Shown here piece by piece: positions 1 to 10,232 of a stretch of DNA of 64,000 bases. The first letter of the stretch is position 1. Every line of letters begins with the position of its first letter. Origin of the DNA: Octopus bimaculoides. Taxonomy: Eukaryota. A program made the translations under genes and the position numbers. The DNA lies in contig NC_068994.1 of assembly GCF_001194135.2 (NCBI RefSeq), positions 1,426,839 through 1,490,838 of the forward strand, given 5' to 3'. The notes below the pieces were generated by a model, which was given only the letters and a program-made list of their open reading frames with translations, did no database searches and had not been told where the DNA came from.

Positions 1-4
1 AGAA

Positions 5-212
5 ATCAGTTTTCAATTTTGGCACAAGGCCAGCAATTTCAGGGAGTTGATTAAATTGACCTCAATGCACAACTGGTACTTATTTTATTGACCCTGACAG
101 GATGAAAAGCAAAGCCACCCTTGCTGGAATTTGAACCCAGAACATAAAAACGAACAAAATATTGCTAAACATTTAAGCTGACATGCTAACGATTCTGCTC
201 GCTTGCCACCTT
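5..212 (-). mobile_element. SINE family A (tRNA-like head, ~220 bp), diverged copy
   Basis: Its reverse complement aligns by eye with the intact copy at 54362-54583 (GGCAGAATCGTTAGCA head, GTTCAAATTCC B-box-like motif, AGTACCAGTTG, GGCCTTGTGCC tail). Confidence 0.8.
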
Positions 213-291
213 AATTGGAAGCAAATATTGGCAGCCACCAGTGGGAGGAGTGAACATGTGGTGCAGGAGGGGGGATGTTGTGTTGGTAATA

Positions 292-344
<53 letters not shown>

Positions 345-2377
345 GAAAAGCTATTATGTCATTATAATGCAGCAATGTCCACTCTCATATTGTGTCATAT
401 TGCGGTTAACAGCTTCTTGTGTTGGTTTTGGTCGTTACTTCTTCATTTGAAGTCCACAATATTTGGTAGGCCATGGGTGAAGGCAACAATGGCCACACTA
501 ATATCTATTTCACTTTTCATATCTTTTTATTAACCCAAAATGCTTATATCTGTATTTTCAACATGTGTTTATATCTACATGTGTACAGATCTACATTTAA
601 AGTAACAACATACATGAGATAACAAACATGATAGACTGAAATCATCTGTGATGCAACATGTTTGATAATATTAATATGAAAGTGTTTCATAAGCAGAAAG
701 GGTGAGGATAACAGCATATACGGAATGTGTGTGTGTGTGATTCGATATTATAGCAGAAAGTTGTCAAACATGACACAAGCATGTGCAGTCACTAAAAGTA
801 AAAAAGAGCAAGAGACTGATTCACTGAGCAAAGCAACATAGTTCTATGTAGATTGTTGAGTGGCTCTGCTTTGAGGCTGCATTTGCCAGCTTTTTATAAC
901 TGTAAGCAAAAGTTCTCTAGAACCTTCAAGCATGCTGTTTAGTGGGAAAAACTCACTTCTTTTGAAGTTTACCACATCATCCATAATAAATCAGCCAACG
1001 TTGATTGGTTGAACCACATTCAAATTGGTGCTTATGTCTTTTATGGTAACACCTAGGCTTTACTTTTGTTATAGTAGGCTGGGGGTATGAGCAGGGAAAA
1101 TCTGGGGGTAAAAGTCAGTTGAAGCTTCACTAGACACTGTGAATTTGAGCTACTGGGGTTTTCCCCTCGCTTCTCATCTGGTACTGGTCATGCCTGCCAC
1201 CTGGAATTTGTATACTCTTCTTTCAAAGAGAAGATATTCTCAATAAATCAAGATTTAATCTTGTATGTTATTTAATAGACCTTTATTCCTCTTTATTGTC
1301 CACATCCCAGCCACAGACCACTGACCACTGGTCACTCTCAATTCAAGGATCTTTAGTCAGGTTCCATGATCAATAATTGCAAGGAAGACTAGTCCAACTT
1401 TTGGTTACAAGGAATCCTCAGTCTGGCCCCTCTCCCTGCTTCTCTCTCATTAATTGACCCCATAATAAAAAATAGATCAAAGGTGATGGGGTGGCTGTAT
1501 GGAGGGAGGAGCAGTAAGAGGTAGCAAGTGGGGGGAGAAGGAGGAAAAGTTAGAGTGGAGAGTAGGTGTCAGCGGGGGGGGGACGAGATTAAGATGAAGG
1601 GAGAGGAGATAGTTGTAAGAAGTAGCAGTAAAAGGGAGGAGTGAGAGATGGTGGAAGTATTTAGAGAAAAAGTCCCTGGAGGGCAGGAAGAAGGTAAGGG
1701 CAGAGTATGGTAGGGTTTCTAATCACTGCAGGATTAAGCAGTGGTGGTGGGGCTGGTAGTAATATAGTATGATGATGATGATGTGTACTAGTAGTGGTGG
1801 TGGTGTAGTGCAATGATGGTCTACCAGTGGTGGTGGTGGTGGTGAGTAAAACTATGTGCTAGAGAGCCTGAACAGTACAGTTTACAGTTATCACTTATGA
1901 TTAACTGATTAATTAAGGTAATTAGTGGGGGGAATGAACATAAGGTGAAGGAGGGGGGAATGTAGTGTTGGTAATAAATATCTATAGTATTACCAATACT
2001 CTGCAGCAATTTGCGTTGGCAAGTCTGTAGTTTATCAAGATTTGAAATAAACCAAATCCTACAGAGGTATGTTTGAGGGGCATACCTGTATAGATATGTT
2101 CCTCAGACATGCCTTAAAGACCTTTTCTCATATATTTGCTTGATCAAGCTCACTTGAGGTTAAGTAACAACAACAGGTAATTATTTTGTTGGACCTTGTG
2201 GGAAAGAACAATAATGACTCTTACTAGAATTGAACTCATGACTGTTACATGCCAAAGTGATTTTACTTGAACTCATTCAGCCCCTGCATTGACTGTATTT
2301 CAATCAATTACATTTCAATCAATTACACTTTGACCATTTAACTTGTACAACATTATCGCCTGATGTAATGTTATTGT

Positions 2378-2445
2378 ACATCAACATTATCATCTCATGA
2401 CACATCAACATTATCACCTTACAACACATCAACATTATCACTTTC
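2378..2445 (+). repeat. 24-bp minisatellite (ACATCAACATTATCA core), ~3 units
   Basis: Direct repeats acatcaacattatcatctcatgac / acatcaacattatcaccttacaac / acatcaacattatcactttc. Confidence 0.85.
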
Positions 2446-2737
2446 TTCAACACTTTTTCCCATTTTCATGCTGGGAAGTCCACCAATGTCCTTCACTCAA
2501 CACTGACCCATCCAATCATCATTCTTTCAGCACCTTTATTAAATATAATAATATACCTGGGTACAACATCACTAATCAGGTGTTGTCTTGTGAGGTTTGA
2601 AGAGTAGAATTTAAACATTTTAATGTTTGGAAAACAAGTTATTCATCATTTCCTTGTATATGCTCACACACACACACATTTGTGTATATATATACACATA
2701 CATGCACACACACACACACATACACATATTTGTGTTC

Positions 2738-3081
2738 NNNNNNNNNNNNNNNNNNNNNNNNNNNNNNNNNNNNNNNNNNNNNNNNNNNNNNNNNNNNNNN
2801 NNNNNNNNNNNNNNNNNNNNNNNNNNNNNNNNNNNNNNNNNNNNNNNNNNNNNNNNNNNNNNNNNNNNNNNNNNNNNNNNNNNNNNNNNNNNNNNNNNNN
2901 NNNNNNNNNNNNNNNNNNNNNNNNNNNNNNNNNNNNNNNNNNNNNNNNNNNNNNNNNNNNNNNNNNNNNNNNNNNNNNNNNNNNNNNNNNNNNNNNNNNN
3001 NNNNNNNNNNNNNNNNNNNNNNNNNNNNNNNNNNNNNNNNNNNNNNNNNNNNNNNNNNNNNNNNNNNNNNNNNNNNNNNNN
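2738..3081. other. assembly gap (first of 12). Others: 12161-12776, 22396-22456, 28297-28573, 29577-30548, 31365-31386, 35602-35714, 40156-40413, 44128-44646, 46083-46501, 55632-55657, 57587-57615
   Basis: Runs of N, each bordered on at least one side by TA/CA/CT microsatellite or poly-C. Confidence 0.99.
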
Positions 3082-3086
3082 TATAC

Positions 3087-3117
<31 letters not shown>

Positions 3118-3499
3118 CTTATATATACATACATGCACACATACATATGCATATATATATACACACACACACACTTATATACCTGTATACATGTGTGTGT
3201 GTGTGTATGTGATGACTAATAAAATGAGGCAAGCAATGGTGTTTCCATTTTCTTTTCAATTTCCAACATTAAAACGAATTGTTTTATTTAGTTTTCTCTG
3301 TGAAGTTCCTCGTTATTTCTATGTTTGATGCCCAGTGTGTAACGAAGTTAAAACAATTAAGGATCACAAAGCTGCAGCCTCATCAAATCAAGGAGCGTTG
3401 GTTTTTCCCAAAGTGGCTCCGACAGAATCTGGTGTCACAGAAGAATAAAAACCATTTTCATGGATCTGAGACACGAACACTCTTGTAATTCCTGGTTAG

Positions 3500-3950
3500 G
3501 GTTGCAGTTGTTGTTGTTATTTGGCATCAGGTCCAGTGGACCAATGATTAAAGACTTTCCAATTGTGACCATTCCATCTCTATTTACAGGTACACTGTAC
3601 CTTCAGTACAGTACCTCCAGCTGTCATGCATGAGTGAGTATGACTTAGTAACCATGTACCATACTATCACTAATTTTAGGTGCCTGAGCAGTCATGAGCC
3701 AATATGGACCTCCACTCAACCCCTTCACCCTACATCCAGTGGAACATCCAGGATGGACCAGCTGGAGCAAGACAGAACTGCACCAGCTCTCAGCAGGTAC
3801 TCAGGTACCTGTTTACAGCTTAACAGACTGAAGCAGCTTGAAATGAAGTGCCTTTCTCAAGGACACAATGTTCCACCCAGCCCAGGAATTGAACCTACGC
3901 CCTCATGAGTGTAAGCCCAACACTTTAACCACTAGGCCATACCTCTTCAC
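3500..3950 (-). mobile_element. SINE family D (tRNA head + CORE/V-like segment + (AAC)n-ending tail), near full length
   Basis: The minus strand reads TGGCCTAGTGG (A box), GGTTCAATTCC (B box), GTGTCCTTGAGAAAGGCACTT, and ends ...GACCTGATGCCAAATAACAACAAC. Confidence 0.75.
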
Positions 3951-4099
3951 ATAGTCTACCTTGGACTATCAGTCATAGGGAACCTTTTTTTCAAGAAATC
4001 GGCCACATGAGACATGGTTCATCCTCATCTGGACCGGATGTCTAAAAGAATTCAAGGTAATTTTTCATTAGGCCTGCCATTCAGAAAACCTTGTGAGCC

Positions 4100-4165
4100 A
4101 CATGCGGCCTTTTGGAGTCTGATTTGAGGGAGATTTTTCTATGATTTCTAACAGGAGAAGGAACT
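4100..4165 (-). mobile_element. SINE family D 3' fragment
   Basis: GATTTGAGGGAGATTT...TTCTAACAGG is the reverse complement of the family tail motif seen at 6820-6850 and 60910-60930. Confidence 0.45.
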
Positions 4166-4480
4166 ATGTAGAGGCTCCCTCACAGAGTGGGCAGAATAAA
4201 CCCATTGCACCTGACATTTATCACTATCACCACCACTACCGCCACCATCATCATAACTACCACAACACCACCACCACCACCATCATCATCACCATCATAA
4301 CCACCACAACACCAACACCAACAGCAGCAGCACCACCATGACAACCATCATCATCAGCATCATGACCACAACCACCACCATCACCACCACCGCAGGCCTG
4401 CAAAGGGCGTAACCATCACAACCCGTTATGCATTTCATGTCTTTAAATGCCTGCAAGTAAATTATAAATAAAACTTCCAT

Positions 4481-4640
4481 GTGGTTGTTGTTTATTTCCA
4501 GGTCAACTGAATCAAAGGCATACCAACCATGACCAACCTGACTTCTTTCTGTGATTGAGAACTCTATCACCTAAAATGACCTTCCTGTTTTCAAAGATGG
4601 CAAGCTCTTGTTTCAGGTACATTTGGCTGCTATTTCTTTC
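4481..4640 (-). mobile_element. SINE family D 3' tail fragment
   Basis: Reverse complement AGAAATAGCAGCCAAAT...GGTCATGGTTGGTATGCCTTTGAT...GACCTGGAAATAAACAACAAC matches the tails at 6820-6975 and 3500-3590. Confidence 0.7.
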
Positions 4641-5602
4641 CGAACCATCTTGAATAACCACATCGTTGATCCCTAGCCCCACAAAGTACCACATCGTTGA
4701 GTACAATGACTCAGTCTCTACAAAAGTACATTAGTCAGCCATCTGAGCCGTGTGATAAACCTCTGCTTAATGCCAATGTCTAAATATTAAACGTATCATT
4801 GAGATGTTTGATCCGACAGCGACATTGATCCACTCAGATTTGTTCTAAGTTGGCGTCGGTAGTCTTGGAGATGGGAGCAGTCGGTTTACTTAATCATAGT
4901 TACCAGTTTTGATTAGAACCCCACCGTGCACTTTGCATCCATCCACAATTTACACTGTAATTATATTTTATTTCAACCATTAGCCCACTGTTTAATGTCT
5001 AAGATTTCCCTCACCCCACCTCAAACACACACACACACACAGGTTATATGCTTCTACAACCAATGGCCATTCTCATTCAGTTGTCGCTTCTAAGTAGATT
5101 CCATTTTCAGTTGCTTCTTTTAATGTGCAATCTGCATAAGGTTATAGCTGTAAGGTTTAATTACTGATGGTGCATTTGTAAATGCGATTCTTTGGTGTTT
5201 TGCAACCGAGTTTTATAGCCAAGAGAAGTAATGAGCTTAGCTTTTATGACTGACATAGCTTTAACTGCTGTCGGTTATCGACTTCATTTTGTTCGCTTCT
5301 CCAGGTGTTATGAGCTCTCGGTCTCATGGTGCTTTATAATACTAAAGACTTTTATGATTTCATTCCTGCTCGGCACTGCTGCACAGCACTTAAATTGAAC
5401 ATATAAAAAGTAATAAGGCTTGACACCTGAAATGGTATTTGGCAGGCTTAACTTATGGAAGCCTGCCAAAGCAATAATCTCATCCTAATCATTCTGACCG
5501 AGTAGATTGTTTCGCAGTCTCCAACAAAGATACAATCGTTGCTCATTGTTGTGGCAACGAGGCTGGTAGATCTAAGACCACACACACACGTATATGTATA
5601 TT

Positions 5603-5637
<35 letters not shown>

Positions 5638-6056
5638 CAAAGGGAGAAGAGGTAAAGTAGTAAAAGTGTTGTTCAACGATGGAATTGAGATGAAATTCAA
5701 ATGACTAACCTACAGCTATTACTTCAGAGAGGTGTTAATTTTAATAGACTGCAATTTAGGTGTCTCTTCTTCCCCAGTCACAGCTGAAGTGAGGAGAACG
5801 AACAGACAGACAGGCGTGACGGCAGAGAGAAAGAGAGAGAAGATCATTTCTCTTTTATTCTCAATCTATCCTTCTCCCTCTCTCTCTCTCTTTATGTTTC
5901 CCCCTCCCTTTTCTCTCTCTCACCCTCTCCTCCCTGTTAAAGGGACAAGTAAGCAGAGAGAAGAAACCTATTACTTCCCTGTACCACAAATCTTACAACT
6001 CAAAACAGATTGTTTGAGATAAAGGAAATTTTAATAGACTAGCTTAAATATTGTAC

Positions 6057-6091
<35 letters not shown>

Positions 6092-6190
6092 ATACATTAG
6101 TGAGTATATTTATTCTGCAGTTTAGAGTGAATACATTTTGTGCCATGATTGTATTGTTGAATTATATTGCCATTGCTGCCATATAGTACA

Positions 6191-6395
6191 AATATTGGTT
6201 TGAAATTTTGGAACAAGGCCCAGCAATTTCAGGGGATAATTGATTACATCAGCCCCACTGATCAGCTGGGACTTATTTTATCAAACCCCAAAAGATGAAA
6301 GGTAAAGCTGGCCTTGGTAGAATTTGAACCCAGAATGTGAAGGTGAACAAAATGCTTCAACACACATGCTAACGATTCCTCCAGCTCACCACCTT
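6191..6395 (-). mobile_element. SINE family A
   Basis: Same motif order as 5-212 and 54362-54583, in reverse complement. Confidence 0.8.
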
Positions 6396-6545
6396 TACAT
6401 CATTGTGTACAGATTAAATTGCAGCAGACGCTACTATTTAGCATGTATATATATATGTGTATATATACATACACACACTCACATATATATATTGGAAAAG
6501 AGAGTGTTCAATACTGCAATACTGGGTAAGTAAAGTTTAATGTCA

Positions 6546-6975
6546 GAGGCACGTGGCTAAGTGGTTTGGGTGTTGCACTTATGATTGTGAGTTTGTTGTT
6601 TTGTTTCCTTGGGTGATGCATTGTTTTCTTGAGCAAAACCCTTCATTTCACTTTGCTCAAATCCACTCAGCTGGCATAAATGAAGAAACCTACAATGAAT
6701 CAGTGTCCCCATCTAGTGATGTGAAATATATATGCCACAGAATCCAGGAAACCAATTGTGAATCCACCATCTTTTGTGACCCAAGTCAATGAGAGAATCT
6801 TCTTGTGGTTACTGAAATGGCTAGTAATAGCAGCCAAATCTCGCTCAAATTTCATCTAAGTTTTAGAAAGGAAGGTCACATAGATGATATGGACCTGAGT
6901 GCTGAGGAAGCAAGGGTCATGGGGTGCATGTATTTGATCACATGTCTGCCAGATTAGGGTAGCAGGCCTGGACCC
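6546..6975 (+). mobile_element. SINE family D, diverged near-full-length copy
   Basis: TGGCTAAGTGG A box, TTCTTGAGCAAAACCCTTCATTTCAC core, CCACTCAGCTGGC, then the AATAGCAGCCAAATCTC tail. Confidence 0.7.
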
Positions 6976-9196
6976 AGGTCTTTATATGTCGGAGAAGGTG
7001 AGTCAGTAACCTTTGACCTTTTGAGGCCTTCTCTGCTTGATGAAACTGGTGTGGTTAATGGTCAATGTCCAACATCTGTGCAAGGAAATAACAGGGGCTC
7101 CAGTGGGTGGGGTTGTGTGGAGGAAGGATTTGTTGAGGCTTTTAGCACAGTCTACAAATTAAGTCACAGAAAGGGAAGAGGAGAGACAACTGATAAATAG
7201 GTTAGTTAATTAGTAGGTTGGTTGATTGGTCAGTTGGTTGGTGGGTTAATTACCGGTATATCTAGAGAGAAATGATGTTATGTGGCTAATTAATCTATGA
7301 CTAGTGAGTGCCCCACAACATTATTGTCATGGGGTGGTGGGTTGATCAAATTAGTCCTAAAAATTAGACTTGTGACTACATTTATGTCTAACTGGTCAAG
7401 ATTAACTGGACCAGTCTGTCATAATTGTAATTAGCAAAAACTGACTAAAAAGTACTTTGATCAGTTAGACTACTAATTACTTTTATGACTATCACAGTAT
7501 TTTCCAACACACCCATTATCATCACCACCACCATTACCTCCATCACTGCCGCCACCACTACACTGTGTGTCCCCCCTCCACCATTCTCCAAAGTTTCCAA
7601 CATCCTTCACAAAGACATAAGTCAGGGGAAAATCAAACGATTGAACTAAGGTAGAATATCAAACAGAAAATAGCAACAAAAATAACAAAAAACAAACAAA
7701 CCAGAAAAGCGAAAGAACCATAAAAAAATCTTGCATCTGTTCCAGGTCAGCGAATATAGGGATCTGTGTATGGTTGAGTGAGTTGGTCATGGGTCCCTCT
7801 CTGGTGTGTGTTCTGAGTGGAGGAGGGGGGTAGGGACGGGAGTGGGGGAGGGCTGTTCTGTTTCTTGCTGATTTGTTGTCGTCAGAGTTTCTAATTGTTT
7901 ATTTCTTGTTGTTTATCTGTTTTATTCAGTCAACCTCGAAATTAATCTGATTCCAATATCTCTCTCTGCCCCCCCCCCACCATCACCACCACCCCTGCTG
8001 CTCCCAATGACTCAATATTCTGTTATCAGTGAAGCGCGAAGATAAATCTTTTCGTTACTCACTCTCTTACAAACTCTTTCCTGCTGAATACTGTGTCTTT
8101 ATAGTTATTTTTTATTGGTTTATATACCATGTATTTTGTGAATAACAGACTCACTGGCCATAGCTTTCCAAAGGGGACCATCACTGGCTGATGGTGGTAG
8201 TGGTGGTGGTGGTGGTGGTGGTGGTGACATTTCACTGTTTGATGTTGTTGATGGTTTTGATGATGGTGGTTGTGATGTACAAAATGGTGATCATGGCAGT
8301 AGTGATGATGATGATGATGGTGTTGGTAAGGTTACTGAAAGTGGTGAGGATATAGGTGACGGAGGTGGTGGTGGTGGTGGTTCTAGCTGTGGGGGTGGTG
8401 GTGGTGGTGTTAAGGTCTCTAGAATTATTCTAAAAGTCAAAATACAAAACATTACACACTGACAACACCACCACAACAATGACAGTACACTAACAACAAC
8501 AGCAACAACAACAGCATGCCTCAACGTTCCACCACACAATGCATCACATGTTAAGAAGGTGGCTTCACTTGCAGTCACTTGAGCTGTTAAAGAAAGCAGC
8601 CAAATCTTCCTCAGATCAAACCGATTAATGTTTATATAAAAGAGACACAGTCGACTGTCTGATGCTGTCATACATTGGTGGTCACAATGCACACACATGC
8701 ACACACATACACACGCACACACACACACATGGAAGCGTACCAAAGCCTAGCTGTGAGTGAAGTAAGAAGAATGTAAACACATTGTTATTACGCTTTTGAT
8801 GTGCAGAATAACAAATAAAGGGATCTCCTGGTGCACTGTTTCATGATTCTTTGTCCTCTCAACAGAGAAAACATACACTCTCCATACACTAATGCCATAG
8901 TGTGGTAACGGCTACAATACACACACACACACCAGTCTTACATGTGTTCACACCAGACACAGACATACAAACTCTAGAGATATGTATATATATATACATA
9001 CACACTGGATATATACACACACACTACACCAGTTATGTAAACATAACCCCCCACACACAAACACACACACAGCAGATACATGTACAAGGAATGCACACAT
9101 ACTAAATGTATGTGCACACATACCATAAGCACACACACAAATACATGCACAGCAAATACAAATGCATTGATAAATATATACATACATATATATATA

Positions 9197-10232
9197 TACA
9201 CACATGACTGAAGTAAATAGACACCATATAAACCACTGTTTTATGTTTATTCTAACTTGAAAAGGTTTATATTTTTTATTAATTGACATTTTTATGTTTC
9301 AGGTTCTAAATGTGAGTGCTTAATCATGTCGCATACAAAAGAAACTTTGGAACTGTCCGAATTTCAAAGACACCGTATTGAAGGTCAATCTGAAGGTGGA
9401 CTTAGCATAAAATCACAGAAAACCTTGGGATTCCGCTTTCTACAGTTAATAGAGTGTGCAATTCACCAGAGAGGGGAAGGTGTCCACATCACCTCACCCA
9501 GGTTGATCAGAGCCCTCTGACAGGACTCTTTGTTTTGTTAAGAGGATAATCCTCATTGCAAGGCCTCTGACGTAGCAGAACAAGTTGATGTCAGTCTGAG
9601 AACAGCTGCCAGGTATCTCTGCAAAATTGGCTACTATGGCAGAACAGCAAGAAGGAAGCCACCTCTTCAACCAGCCAATATCAAGTGGAGAAAAGATTTG
9701 GCCAGTGAGATGGTGGAGAGGCCACTAGCATTTTGGGACACTATCATATTCTCTTATGAATCCAAATTTGCTGTATTTCTGGACAGTGGTCAAATGTGGG
9801 TCTGGAGATTCTGGTGATCAAGAATTTGATGTGAAAAGATTGCTGTCAACAATAACACACAGCAGCTATTCTGTGATGGTCTGGGGAGCAATTTGGAGCA
9901 ATGGTCGATCAGAGCTGGTGGTGTGTGAGGGAAACATAAACTCAGATAAATATGTGTCCATATTGTAGAAAGGAGTCCTTCTAATCTTCTCCAATGGTGA
10001 AATGATTAAAGAAGACTCTTTATTTATGGAAGATGGGGCGCTTTGACACATGACTAAAAAGACTCAAGGTTGGTTGAAAGAGAATGGCATTGAAAAGCTT
10101 CCATGGCCAGTCACAAGGTTTGAACCCTTTGAACACCTGTGAGGCATAATGAACAGGACACTTCATAAGAACAAGAAAGCATCTTCAAAGCCAGAACTTT
10201 TAAGATTACTGCATGAAACTTGGCAAGACGTC
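9197..10232 (+). mobile_element. Tc1-type (DD34E family) DNA transposon, degenerate, 3'-truncated
   Basis: TA + CACACATGACTGAAGTAAATAGACACC is a Tc1-like left terminus. The broken ORF from 9326 gives LELSEFQR (HTH start), ARRKP, IFSYESKF (FSDESKF), VMVWGAI, FMEDGA, LPWP..EHL. No right TIR is visible. Confidence 0.9.
9326..10232 (+). pseudogene. Tc1 transposase pseudogene (multiple stops and frameshifts; first catalytic D replaced by Y)
   Basis: ORF pieces 9326-9520 and 9756-9968, plus manual translation of the other frames. Confidence 0.88.

Noticed and set aside
4502-4616. Apparent exon with good acceptor (TTCCAG) and donor (CAG|GTACAT)
   Set aside because: All three frames contain stops, and it lies wholly within an antisense SINE family D tail.
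8631-8672. TATA box (TATATAAAAG) as a promoter
   Set aside because: Such motifs are common in AT-rich DNA, and no downstream exon or ORF is evident.
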